DNA of 64,000 nt from the NCBI RefSeq assembly GCF_009914755.1, contig NC_060947.1. The stretch is one strand, 5' to 3'. The notes under the pieces were generated by a model. It saw only the letters and a program-made list of their open reading frames with translations, was not told the origin of the DNA and did no database searches. The translations under genes were made by a program, and so were the position numbers. Position 1 is the stretch's first letter; each line of letters opens with the position of its first letter. Origin of the DNA: the human T2T-CHM13v2.0 reference genome, Homo sapiens. This document shows positions 28,561 to 41,961 of the stretch, in pieces.

Positions 28561-31039
28561 AATGTAGCTACATTTATTTAGTTTCAAGTAAGATACAGTA
28601 TATGGTGAAAGGCCCAAATTCCTATTGCAACAATTGCATACATCAAATAAGGTACAAATGTCATATTTTAAAAGGCATTGAAGCAATGGGTATGATAAAC
28701 AAAAAATTCAAGAGAGAGGGAAAATAATTATTCTGAGGTGAGCTGATAATTGACTCCCATATCTCCCATCCTCCATCCTCCCTCTGACAGGCATTTGCTA
28801 TTTCCCATTACAAGCTGTAGATCAGGCTTGGTCCAGGATTTTTTTTTTTTAAACAAGGAACTATGTCTAAGGGTTAAATATCAGTATAAAAATATTTGCT
28901 GTTTTTATCTTTTCTCCAAATAAATGTGAAAGTGTAATATACTAATATACCTTGACTATAACAGCAAAATACTTTATTCGAGCAAGTAATAGTGTGCCAT
29001 GGTAGTGTAAGTAGGCTTTTAATAAGTTACTCTATAACATGATTATGGGAATTAGGTTACATTAAAACATTTACAAAATAAACTACATTTTACAGTAGTT
29101 TGAATTTGAAATCTGTAAATCTGCAACCAATATCATCAACGTGGTCTTAGGTTCATTGTGCCTTTCTTATTATATGAAAATGTTTAATAGCACTTCAGTC
29201 TCTGAAAATTAGAGTAGGCAATTGAAATTTAAGTAAATAATCCATAAAAGTACACTAAACCATAAGTTTCTACAGACACAAAATTACGGCAGAAGGTCCT
29301 ATACATAAGACAGAATCTCCTACATTCGAATTGACTTTTATGTCTATTTAACAATAAAAATAAAATCATAGCTTTAAGTCTAATTAGAATTATAAACTTT
29401 TTTGCTTTCTAATTGCATTTGGAATTTACTAAGCAGTTTCTTAATAGGGAGATTTTAAGTGAACTAAGTCATAAATTTCAAAGGTATAATGAATTTCGTA
29501 AATATAAATGCAAAATGAAAATGAAGCACCATTATAGGTATTTTTTAAAATAAGAAAACTTTTTTTAATAGAATAACTTTGTCATTCTAAATAATAACTT
29601 TTAATATAACTTGATTGTGAGTCATTTGTATAAGTGCCATGTATAAACAAACACACATATTGTCATTAAAAAGCACTCTTAACAATGGTACTACTGCAAA
29701 TGGTAATTTCAGGAACTGAAAAACTTGTCACGACAATCAACAATTTCAACTTCTTTGTTAATTTTGATTTAATGCCATAAAAATTAGCAGAGAGTTTATA
29801 GCCCTTTTGTTATTTTTGAATAGTTACTAGCAGTTAGCAGCAAATATCTTCTTTTTTCCCACCTGCCTCACAAATTGAATATTTCACAGAACTGAACACT
29901 CTCATGAAGATTATACAAAAGTTTTTGGAGGATTGAAATTGTGTGGGACTCTTTTGAGAGTGATCAAGAGATGACATGAAAAAGTTGCATGTCTGTTCTT
30001 ACTCACAGCAGTTACCATAAAAGATGGCATGAAAACTCTCCAGAGAAACAAAACCTTTTCATCCAGCTCAATGGCTTAAAAAATGTCAGGGAGTTTTCTA
30101 TCTATTTCCATCCAAGTAATTCAACATAGCATATTTTAAGCATGAAAGACTAAAACAAACGGGTGAAAGTGATGTTTTCTTTGCATCTGTCTTAAAATTC
30201 AATGGATTTTAAGAATCATAAAACTGCTTTATTTTCAGACACCATTTATTCCTTCCCTGCCATGGGGGGATACTGCTATGGAACAGTGTGTACTGCTGGA
30301 AACTTTTTGATTGACAGTTAGAATCTGGTGACTTTTTAAACTCTTCAAAAGTTAAAGCAAAGCATGCGTTAAATTTTGCTTGCAAAAAGGTCAATCCCAG
30401 AGATATTTTTAAAAAATCCACAGACGTTCTTATTTAATAATTCATAATAAGCCTTTTTTTACCTTTTCCATGAATTACATTTTTAAATTTAATTTATATT
30501 TAAAATTTAAATTTTAAATTGACATTGAAATTTACATTTAAAAATTTTAAGTGCATGAGCACTTGCCTTGGCCAAACAAAGTTTTATAAATTTGTTTTTC
30601 AATAATCATAATCAGTCATTTTCTTTATCATTTCTCTTTTTGTATCACTCATTTTCCCTAAAGTTTCAAGTAATATTTAGTTTTCTTACCTCATCTGTAA
30701 AGAAGAACTAAAAAGGAAAAAAAAAATGCTGATTTGTTGGAAATGCAGTACTTCCAAGATATCAGTTATATGCTGCTATCTTATAAGAAAAGATATGTTT
30801 TATTTAACAAAGGTGCAATAGAAAATATTCGTTCCCAGGTACTTCTGGCCAGCCATGCACATGGACAAAATGGGTTCTACTAGCAAGAGGCAGCCATCTG
30901 TCAAAATGTAGGTGTTTGATGTTGGAAGTCAGGCTAGGGAAACAGAACACTGATAGTTTCTGCTACAATAGACTTTTGAAATTGGAATAACTGCTAAAGT
31001 GTCCGTAGATCCACCAAGTGGGAGTTATCAGGAATGTAG

Positions 31040-31155
31040 CCTGAAATAGTTTCCCCATTGGTAAAAAGGGAGAGGGAAACTACTTTTCAGGGTTGTTGTG
31101 AGGATTTAATGAAATGGCATGCCAGAAGTTCCTGGAACAAGGCAGTCAATAAAAT
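31040..31155 (+). mobile_element. MIR fragment
   Basis: agttttccccattggtaaaaaggg...cagggttgttgtgaggatttaatga. Confidence 0.65.
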
Positions 31156-31889
31156 TTAGATTTCCAACCCTTTTAAGTTCTAACATTAAACATTCTTCTT
31201 TTCACTTATCAAGTAGATACTAATATTTTATTTTTGCAACTCAGATAATGAATGCTAGTGGTATGGTTACGGTAAAGATATAATTCAAGAATTTGCTGAA
31301 TAATCACAACATTTTGTAGCTAAATAAAACAGATGTGGAGAATTATTTTTCCAATGTTGACTAAATAATATAAAGAAAAATAAGTGAATTAATATATAAA
31401 AATTGAATCTAAATTAAAATTAGTGTTTTATTTTATGCTAAAACATGAATTTTACAGAATATAATAATACATCTCAGGTCTCCTGGAACTGTACACTATT
31501 TAAGAGCAATGAAGATATTTTGGAAGAGCCTAGGAAATTAATGTCAGTTCTCTCAGGGTACGGCATCCTATTCTGTTGTTTAGAAGAATACTAGAATTAA
31601 ATAGAAGCATCATTATGTCACATCAAATACAATGTCAACGTAAGTGAAATCCCCCTTTTCATCCATACTTCTAATGGTGTAAGAGGATTCTGATGAAGAT
31701 AGAAACTAATGCAATACAACTGGTGGTACATATAAACATAATTTGTTAGGTGTGCTAGGCATGGTAAACCTAACAAATTTAAGCTACAATGTCTGAAGAA
31801 ACAGTTTCCAAAGATTAAAAAAAAAAATAAATGTAACATTATTAGAAATTACTAGCTAGAAAGAGATATCTTTCAAGCTTTCAATCTGT

Positions 31890-32995
31890 ATATTTTTAGG
31901 GCCACTTAACCTTCTCTTACACGTCCCACATGCATTTTAAATTCAAGATGTTAAAACTAAATTTTTTTATACCCCAACACTCCATCTCAATGAAAGACAC
32001 CAGTCTACATCTATCTGCTAAAACCAGAAACCTGGAAGTCATTCTTAAATTCTCCTTCCCCATCATCATCTCTCTCAACCAATCAATTACCAATTTCTTT
32101 TAAACATACCTCCTGAATACCCTGAAGAACCTTTAACTTTTCTACATTTTCAGAAACATCATCCTATCAGCCACTAACAACCCTCAACTGGGCTATTGTA
32201 ATGACCTCGCAACTAGTCTTTTTGTTTGTGTCGCTCCCTATAATTCATCCTCTAAAGCTTAGTTTGACACTGTATTCTGAGCACCTAGTGTCTGGCATAT
32301 AGTAGTTTATCAATTGATATTTATTGATATTTGTTCAAATAATAAAAGAAGAAAACAAATAAGAAAAAAATGAAATTTTGACAAATTAAAAGGCAAATAT
32401 GATTATTACTACATCTACTAAAAACTCCTCCATGACTTTTGATTACTCTCATGATTAAATCTAAATTCTATAACAAGTTCTATAGGCTTCTTAATAATCT
32501 TTGCATCATTTATATGTTCAGTCTCTTCACTTGTCACTGTCCCCACCAATGACCCTCTGTATTCTGTATTCTTCACATTTAACATCTTTCAGTTCTCTAA
32601 CCGTGGCATTTTCTCTGTTGTCTCTAAAACTCCACAGGCTGATTCTTCTCTCTGGAATACCATCCCCTCTCTGGTTCATGTAGACAACTTCTGCTTACTC
32701 TTAAAACCACTCCTCTGCTCATTTATTTTAGTATAACTCACCTGCATGCCCCCAAGTCTTAGTTGAGAACCCCATTTCTATGGTCTCAAACACCTGCTAT
32801 TCCCTGCATCTTAGCAGTTAGCATATAATATCCACCTGGATGTTTACATTTCTTCCTTATTTGCTAAATTTCCAAGAGCAGAGACCATGTCTATTTTGTT
32901 TTTGGCTACATTCCCAAACCAAGGCACAGTGACTTACACCTAGCAGGTGCTCAGTAAGTATTTGTTCAATATGTGGATGAATGAGTGAATGAAAT
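31890..32995 (+). mobile_element. L2 fragment(s) with 3' end
   Basis: ccatctcaatgaaagacacc, ccagaaacctggaagtcattctt, 3' end tagcaggtgctcagtaagtatttgttcaatatgtggatgaatga. Confidence 0.75.
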
Positions 32996-33055
32996 TATAT
33001 CATGTCTAGAGATCTTTCTAGTCCATTTTAAAGCTGACATTTCCAAGATAGTTGG

Positions 33056-33500
33056 TGTGGTAGATGTCATAACACATGACCTCATCTCCTCTCATAAATA
33101 AAGGACTTATTCTGCAGCTGCTGGGACTGCTGCCAGTAGAAAATCCTCAGTAGTCATCCCCTTTGAGGATGCCTCGGCTAAAGAAGAGTGCCAGGAACAA
33201 GGTTATGCCCACTTCCCAAGATGATATGCAGCCAAATACTGATCCTTATAGGAGCATAAAGGCCTGCTTCTTGCCCTAATTCAGGGCAGCTCTGAAGGGT
33301 CACCCCATTTGCAGAACTCCATAGAGACTAAATTCAGTCATTCCAATCAGAATGCATTGCAGCTTTACCACTCCCTATTCTTTATTTAACTCTCTTCACT
33401 TTCCTACCACAGGAATTGAATTGAATCTAAGAGCATTCTATAATAGAGTACTTCTAACCTCTGTCTCAGAGTCCATGTTCTAAGGAACCCAACCTGTGAA
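33056..33500 (+). mobile_element. LTR16-type ERVL solo LTR
   Basis: tgtggtagatg..., cagctctgaagggtcaccc, ctctgtctcagagtc..ggaacccaacctgtga. Confidence 0.7.
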
Positions 33501-33657
33501 AGTTGGAGAATGGAGAAATTTAGTGTTTGTTAAAATTTCAATAAATTATTATGATTATTTTTGTATTGATTATCTGCATTTGTCCCTGCCCCCAACCCCA
33601 TTCCTATATCCATTATTTACCCCTCTCTGTTCTGGTCTTGACCCAGGAGACTGACCT

Positions 33658-34071
33658 TGGTGGAATTCAGGGTATGATACCTCAAAATATGGCACCTTGG
33701 CATTTGAGTCCTAAGACCCTCATTTAAGAGATTCTCTCTGTCTGTCTGAAGGAAAGAAACATTCTTATCTCAGAAAACACAGGAACATAAAGAAAAATGT
33801 GAACAAACAATCCTTGATAAGTTCCCCCAAGCTAATTATCATTAGATTATAGCATTTAGTCTTCTAATTATATTTCTCCATGACGATTCACTCTTCATCA
33901 CTCTTCAAACTGTTTACCTGTTTCTTTGGGTTTTTATTTCTAAGGATTCCTGTGTCACGTAAAACTTATATCAAATATATTTATAGGTTTTTCTCATGTT
34001 AGTTTGCCCTTTGGTAAAGGAGCCTCAGACACAACCTAACATGAGAAGAAATGACATATTTCTTTCCTACA
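33658..34071 (+). mobile_element. MER34-group ERV1 solo LTR (MER93/MER39-like)
   Basis: cctcaaaatatggcaccttggcatttgag, cctgtgtcacgtaaaacttata, ends cctaca; TSD acct / acat. Confidence 0.7.
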
Positions 34072-34181
34072 ACATCCATGTCAGAATATGCTTCCTGCGC
34101 TACCTTGCTGGTCTTGTTCCCAGCTGTGTTAAGCCAGGGGGAAGGCAGAAGCAAGAGATAGGATAATGAGAAAAAAGAGGC

Positions 34182-34456
34182 CGTGAGGGTCTTTTTTTAT
34201 GTTTTCTGACATCAATTCTGACACAAAATATATGATTTTATTCTGACAACAAATAAATGTATTTTTCCACACCATTTCTGCAAATTCTCCAATACCAACA
34301 AAGTGTTTGAAAATTCAATTCAATTCTCTCACTAACTTCTGTTAGTGGCAGTACCCTATGGGGCAGTAACCCCATAGGTTAAGCACAGAGCTCTGTAGGA
34401 GCACAGAGCTCCTAAAACCAGAAACAAAGACCAAATACATTTTTTATTACACCACA
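34182..34456 (-). mobile_element. MER21-like LTR, internally deleted
   Basis: ttctgacac.., aattcaattcaattct, aacaaagaccaaatacatttt..ttacaccaca. Confidence 0.6.
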
Positions 34457-37332
34457 GTTTTTTTTTTAACCTGCTCCATTCTTGCCTCCATATTACATTT
34501 TTTAACAGGAGACGCTATTCTTTGAATTGCTCATTGCTTTACAGTTGTTCACTACAATCTGACTCCTGTTGGGCTTTGATACTACTATACTATTCTCTCC
34601 TTTTTCCCCTTCCGGTTTAAGGAAAATAGTGTCTTCCTGCTGTTGCTTATCTTAGTAACTCAGCATTCCTAGTTGGTTCTATCTTGCCAACAGTTGATAG
34701 GGGTGTGGGAGGAGATAGTATTTCCACTCCCTTCCCTCTTCTTTACCAGTTGTCAAGTGAAACGTAAGCTGAATTCCATAGTTGTTCAGAATGCTGTGAG
34801 GGAGTCCCATCCTACATTTGGTTAGATTTAAGAAAATCTCTTTCCACTATACCATTTTACAAGAGGAATAACCTGTTTTGAGTTCACTTGTATTTTCCTG
34901 ACTGCCTTGCAATTTGTTTCTCATTAAACTCAGATGTGCCTTTCTTTGCCCTCACGCATTGAGATTTGGCCTTTTCCACTTTTGAACTGAGCCCAGAGAC
35001 CAGAACATTTTTAATTATCAATTAAAAAGTGATGAGGAATCACTAACCAACTCGTTTGTAATGACTGCTTGTCAGGTTACTGTTACTGTCCTCTTGACTA
35101 TGAAAACTGTAGCATACAATAGCAGTATATTTGTTCAACTGTCCGAGTAATGTGCAAAAAGATTATGGCTCTCTAGATTACATTTTTAAAGAAAGAGATT
35201 AAAAGCTTTACCTCATCATTTAATTTAAAATTAGGTTAAAGTTCTTTTTAATTTATGGGAAGGGGTAATTGACAAAGAGTTCAAATAACCATTTTTATAA
35301 ATATGTTTGATGAGGGCTACATATTGAAGAGTAGTTGCAAATAAATTATTACACAAGAGTAATTGAGCTCACCGTGTCCCTGAAATTGACAGACCACATG
35401 CATAGTAATTTTCTCTGTTTAGAGAAACTATATAATTAGCCTTGACAAGTAAAGGGAAGAAAGGGATTAACTTTTTGCAAGATGATTCTATTAAAGCAGT
35501 GCTGTGGGATTTGAAATTTGAACATAGAGCTATTCATTGAAATTCTAAAATAGTTGACATGAGGGAAAATATATTGAAAGAGATTTGGAATTTCTAATTG
35601 TACCTGACCCGATCTCTGGCCAAAGGGCAGCCTTATGGGTCAAAATGGTCTAGAGTTTGTCCCTTGTTATTTGTTACCAGTAAAAGAATGGTTTAGAATA
35701 GGCTTAATGGAGGAATCAGTTAAAGAGTTTTTCTTCTACTAACTCTTGACACAATGAACCCACCATATCAGTCATCACGTAAATGTCCATAAACCTTGAA
35801 AAAGGATCTGATAGTTTGACTCTGTTGACATCTTAGACTCTTTTTGCTGCATTCTTTTCTTCCACATTTCTTTTCTTTTTCCCTTCCTCCTTTCTTCCTT
35901 CCTTTCTTCTGTTCATCATTTCTTCTTAGCTTATTTACACTAGTAATATGAAAATACTTTTTTTATGTAATCGGTATTACATAACTATATATAACTATAT
36001 CTAATGTATATATATTATATATAGAGAGAGAGCACAAAACTTTATTTGCAATTCTCTTTTAGTTGTTTTCCTATTGTGATGATAGGTAACATTATACTTT
36101 CCACAGCACTGCTGCTGCTGCATGTGATTATTTCTGCTTTCTCAAAATGATGGAAACAAAATTTAAGTGAAATTACAAGCTTCTGAAAGTTGCACAGACA
36201 TTGACCAGCCATAACTGCTTCAGAAGGAATATAACAGGGAAAATTGTCAATTACTGGACATTTTTTGAAAAGGCTTTTTTTTTTTTTTTCCCAAAGCCAT
36301 CACAAGAGCTCCTATGTTGTCAGAGCAATATCACTTTTTTTATCTCATGGCATCACTTAGGGCTGGTTTGTTTGTTTCAACAGCTTTATTAAGTTATAAT
36401 TGATTTCCAAAAACCTCATATATTTAATTTATATAATTTGATGAGCTTGAACATGGACATACACTCATTAAACCATCACAACAATGAAGGTAATAAAAGT
36501 CTTCATCACCTCCCCAAGTTTTCTCATATTTCTTGTTTGTGTGTACATATGTGTGCACGTGCACACATGTGTGGGAAGAACACAACATGAGAACTACCCT
36601 CTTAAGAACTGCTTTAAGTGTAAAATATAGTATCGTTTACTGTAGGCACTATGTTTTGGAGCAGATCTATAGAAGTTATTTAACTTGCATAACAAACATT
36701 ATTGCCATTAAATAACAACTCCCTATCTTTCTTCTCCCCAGCCTCTGGCAACCACCATTCTACTCTCTGCTTCTATGAGTTTATTTTAGATTTCAAATAT
36801 AAGTGAAAACAGAACCATGCAGTGTTTATCCTTCTGTGTGGATGACTTGTTTTACTTAGCATTATGCCCTCCAGGGTCACCCATGTTGTCATATATGGCA
36901 GAATTTCTTTTTTAATGCTGAATAATATTCCAATGTACATATATATTATGTTTTATTTTTCCATTCATCTGATGATAGACATTTAGGTTGTTTCTATATC
37001 TCAGCTATTGTAAATAATGCTGCAATTAACCTGGAAGTGAAGATATAACTTTAAGATACTGATTTCAGTAATTTTGGATATGTATCCAGAACTGGGATTG
37101 CTGTATCATATGGTTGTTTCATTATATTTGCTTTTTATGAAATTTCATATGATTTTTCATATCAAAAACATCATTTTATATTCCCACCAACAGTGTGCAA
37201 GTGTTCCCACTTCTCTACAACTTCAACAACACTTGATATATTTTGGTATTTTTTTGAAAATACTATTGTAAGAGATGTGAGATGGTATTTGATTGTGATT
37301 TTGATTTGCATTTCTCTGATAATTAGTGACGT

Positions 37333-38013
37333 CGTTACAGATAGTTAGGCATGAGTGGGGCAGGAGAGGGCTCTCCCCCAACCCACTAGAATGTCAGGTG
37401 ATGGTCTGGCAATTATTGCATTGCCTCTTTAATTTGGTAATGCCAGAGGAAGGTCATTTCCTGATGGTCCAAACCTGTTAATATCAAAATATTAATTGAA
37501 TGCATGCCCAAGGGAGAAGCAACTTCCTGCACATGAGCATTAAGAAACAAAAATGGTGAAGTATGATCTTCCGCGGGCACATTCCACCAGAAAAGGGAAG
37601 AAAACCTCAGATGGACAGGCTCATAATTCCCTTAACACACTGCGCATGCTCAACTCCAAAGAGTAAGGAAAGTACTGAGCATGCGGGAAGCCCACTCTAA
37701 GGGAAGGATCATGTGGAAGAGGCGAGCTTATAGAAGTCCTAGGATCAAGGTTAAACAGGGCACTTGACTTTCTCTTTCACCTTCACATGCCCGCTTGGGT
37801 TTCTTCCAAGTGCATATTCCTTTCTTTCCTGTTCTAAGGCCTTTTGAAATAAACTTCCACTTCTGCTCTGGAACTTGTCTCAGTCTCTTTTTCTGCTTTA
37901 TGCTCCTCAGTTGAATTCTTTCTTCTGAGGAGGCAAGAACTGAAGTTGCTCCGAATCGGTAAGAATAGACCACCAGTAACTTGGGGTAACTCGGTTCTTT
38001 TCCAATAACAACA
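37333..38013 (+). mobile_element. MER50-like ERV1 solo LTR
   Basis: gttacagatagttaggcatgagtggggcaggagagggctctcccc start; aataaa in the 3' part; degenerate TSD acgt / atat. Confidence 0.8.
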
Positions 38014-39325
38014 ATATTGAGCACTTTTTTATATATCTGTTGGTCAACTGTATGTCTTCTTTGGAAAAATGTCTAACTATTAAGGTATCTATTAGATGTC
38101 TATCTAGTAAATTGTTTTATTTGGTTTTGTTCTTTTTTTTTTTTTTTTTGCTGTTGAGTTAAAGGAGTTACTTATGCATTTTAAGTATTGTCCTGTTATG
38201 ATACATCGTTTGCAAATATTTTCTCCCATTCCTTAGGTTATCTTTTCATTCTGTTAACCGTTTTCTTTACTATTCAGAAGCTTTCTTATTCTTATGTAGT
38301 CCCATGTGTTTATCTTTGCTTTCATTGTCTGAGCTTTTGGTGTAATATCCAAAAAAATTATTACCAAGGCCAGTGTCATGAACTGTTTTTCTTCCCAATA
38401 TTTTCTGTAAAACTGTAGCTTTATAATTTCCGGTTTTTTGTTTAGATTTTTAATTCATTTTGAGTGAATTTTTGTGTATGGTATAATAAAAAGTATTCAA
38501 TTGCATTCTTCTGCATGTAAATATTATTTTCTCAACAGAATTTGTTGAATAGAGTGATATTTTCCTGATTAGGTAACCTTGGCACCCTTGTGAAATGTCA
38601 GGCAACTGCATCTACATGAGTTTATTTCTTGGCTGTCTATTCTCTTCCATTGGACTATATGTCTATTTTTATGCCAGTACCATACAGTGGTAACTATAGT
38701 AACTTTGTTCTATATTTTGAAATGAGAAAGTGTGATACCTCCAGATTTCTTTCCTTCCCAAAATTGTTTTGACTATCTACAGATTTTATGGTTGCATTTG
38801 AGTTTTAGGATTCTTCTCTATGGAAAAAATGTCATTGGGATATTTATGGGGATTGCATTGAATCCATAGATTGCTTTTGGTAGTATGCATATTTTAACAA
38901 TATTAATTCTGCCAGTCTATGGAAATGGAATATCTTTCTATTGGTGTCTACCGTAGTTTCTTTAATCAATGTTTTATAGATTTTGGCATACAAATTGTTG
39001 CAGAACTTTTCCTTAGTTCAGCTAAAGATGAGGTCCTTGTCTGTCCCATGGTCATGAAGATTTAGGCTCATAGACAATTTGAAGGGTGAGTAAAGCAGGG
39101 TTTTATTCAGTGAAAAGGAAGAAAAGGGGGAAAAAGAGACTCTCACAAGGCCAGAGTCTCTACTAGAGTGCTTCCCACCTGGCCATTTGAATCTCAGTTT
39201 CCACACAGGAAGAGAAGGGGCCAAGTTCCTCCCTGCTGCAAATGTTGTGAAATTCCTGAGGTTCCACCTCAGTGGGCAGGCTGGTTGGAGTTTCTCCAGG
39301 GACTCCTTTCCAACTGGCTGTCTCA

Positions 39326-39340
39326 TTTCCCCCTCTAAAG
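39326..39340 (-). promoter_or_regulatory. Polypurine tract of the provirus
   Basis: Reverse complement ctttagagggggaaa immediately precedes TGAGA of the 3' LTR. Confidence 0.8.
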
Positions 39341-41961
39341 ACATGCATCTAACTGCCCTTAGATTAAGGATAAAGACAAAGATGAACTTAACTGCTTCCT
39401 GCTGACAGGGGGTGCTGTTTGGGGGAAACAGTAGTCAGAGCTCCCTCAAAGTCCTATCTAAGGGATCCCAGCAGAAGGGGCCATCGTCAGAGGCTCAGGT
39501 TGCATGACTGTTTTGAGTGTGATGTCCTGAAGGCAAGAACAGATGAACCAGGTTATTAGAAAACATGAATCAAAACAAAACAAGAGAAGGGATAAGGACA
39601 GCTGAAAGATCCCAAGGCCTTTTACCAGTTTGTACAGGGAGAGGGAGGTCAAAAGCCCAACTGGTTTTTTAAAAAAAAAACAAAAACAAAAAAAAAACTT
39701 TACCCTTTTGCCGGCAAGTTGGGCTTCTGGGTTCCCTTCCCCTGGGCCCAATCTTAAGTCAACCAGTTTAAGGTTTAGGAAATTACTCTTTATAGTTTGG
39801 AGGATGCATCTGAAGGGAGTGTCCCATAGTATGGAGAAACAATTACCTATCAGTGAAGAGAGTCCTGAGGAGGAGAAAGGAATAAAAAGACGGCATTTTT
39901 TCAAAGGAGCCACAGGGGCTCAGGATGCATTTGAAAGGGGTACAGACTAAAGATGAATGGCTACCTATCTAGAAAGGGAGCAGGCATGCCTGGTTCCCTT
40001 CTCTTCCTAGCAGATACCCGGAGGTAAATGAGGTAGGAAGAGGAGAGGGTCCTCTTTCCCTCTTCTGTCCTTGCATCCCCGAGTTCCAGTGACCTTGGCA
40101 GGTGCTGTCATAGATGTCAAAGAGACTTGCACCCATGAAGCAGGGAGACCTAGAGAATAAGAATTATCCACTCTCACCTATGTCCCTTTCCAACCTACTG
40201 TCAGTAGCCTTAGAGTTCCCTAGACCTCATTTATGCCATGGGTATTAACACAGTTTTTATTCATGAAACAGGAAGTTTGCGGTTGGCTTAATTGGCAGGA
40301 AACAGCCACACTCACCTGCACTGTGCCTTTTAACCTCTGTTGTCATTTGCCTCTGGATCCCTCAGATCCAGTTTTCTTTCCTAGGGCTTTGACCCGAAGC
40401 TTGGAATTGAGTTTGGGACAAAAATGTTTCTCAGGGCGGTGGGGGTGGGGGTTGCATGGACTCCTTATGATAAGCTAAAGGCTAAGGTGAAACTGTGGAA
40501 CTGAGTTCTCCTCCAGCAAGGGAGAGGAAAGAATGTCTTGTGACACACTCAGATAACTGATAGCTATAGTTATGCTTGCTAGGATTTGGGTGCATGGTGC
40601 TTGGCTTTTGTTACCTTCCTTGGTTTTACTTTCCCAGAAGGAAACCTCTGGGTGATGGGCACCCTATTTATTCCTTATTTATTCTAACACCTGGCAAGAT
40701 TTGCAGGATAATTGCTCGGAACTAGAATATTGACACCGATTTGTACATTACCCATCCCTTTTGTTCTTTCTGAGCTGCAGCTGGAGATTGCTGGTAGGTT
40801 CACAGGAACAAGCAGAGTTAATCTAAAATGTAGGCAAAAACTTAAAAAGAACTAATGAGTTTAGAATTTAGTGACAAACGTATGATAAGTTTTGGAACAT
40901 AATGTCTCCCTCTCCAGTCCTCATTTTTGTTAAGAAACAAATGATCATAGGACTGAGGTATTCAAATAGATTTTAGTCTTATACTTGGCCTGATTATTTG
41001 CATAAAGTGGAGCAAGAATAATTATTTCTACATAGGCCTTTTGGATTACCTTTGATGGAATTCTCTCTTTTCCACAAGGAATCTCAAATAAGACCTTTTA
41101 AAGCCAAGCCAAACCATGGGTTTGTATCTTCAAATACCTGTGAGTAGGGTGATCCTCACCTCTTAAGGTTCCAAGATAAACTTGGAGCTCCTACACCTGT
41201 TTGAAACTGACATTCTTTACTGACAATAAGTCAGGAACCCTGTACAAGGGCTGCACAAACAAGGATATGAGGCCAGTTTCCCCACTGGGCTTCTACTGGC
41301 TCTGTAAGTTGAGCTTGACTCTTCAAAGGGAAGCATACCCTTCCAATCTAAGACTTGATAAAATGACCACTTTCTCAAGTTGTGTTCTGTTACAAAAGAA
41401 AAATGAATTCTTCTTGCACTGATGCAATTATATTGCCATAAGTTAGGAATACTCACAGAGAGTTTCTAAATTTTAGAGTAACCAGGCAGAGAGTAACAAA
41501 CATGCTCCAAATTTTGTTCATAGGAGTTTATCTTACTCAATTATTGAAGACTGTAAATAGTTCAAAATAAGTTTCCTTCACTATGAAAAACAAAACAAGG
41601 ATCAGCAATATTCCAACCAAAAATCAAAAAGGTTTCTTCAGCTTTCTGAGTTCAGTTCATTTAGTTAACTCTTGTTTTGCTTGATATTCATGAACATTTC
41701 AGTTCTTCCTTAGTCCTTACATTTTCCTTTATTCCATTGTTACAATTTACAAAGTTACCAGCAGCCTGTACTTGGGAGCACCTTTTATAGTTCTGTAGCT
41801 CATTAGAAACCATCTTTAAAAAAAATTAAAACAAGACAACAATTGTCTGTGAATAGCAAAATGTCCAGGGTAGTTACAGTTAGATACGCGATTGAAAAAA
41901 AATTTGGTTATCTCCGTGGTTTACAATAACGTAACATAAAAACCTTAATTATGATTGATAG

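Larger units (their letters stand above)
33565..34905. mobile_element. LTR33-like ERVL LTR fragmented by three insertions
   Basis: cccaggagactgacc..., gcagaagcaagagatagg, cttcctgctgttgct...ttttcctgactg segments. Confidence 0.5.

Noticed and set aside
30498-30519. 22-bp AT palindrome
   Set aside because: Pure A/T low complexity, expected by chance
35260-35835. Repeated TTGACA resembling bacterial -35 boxes
   Set aside because: Sequence is clearly primate nuclear DNA; no bacterial gene context
38996-39995. p53 response element as known for some MER61 subfamilies
   Set aside because: No paired RRRCWWGYYY seen in the LTRs; only one half-site aggcatgcct near 39982
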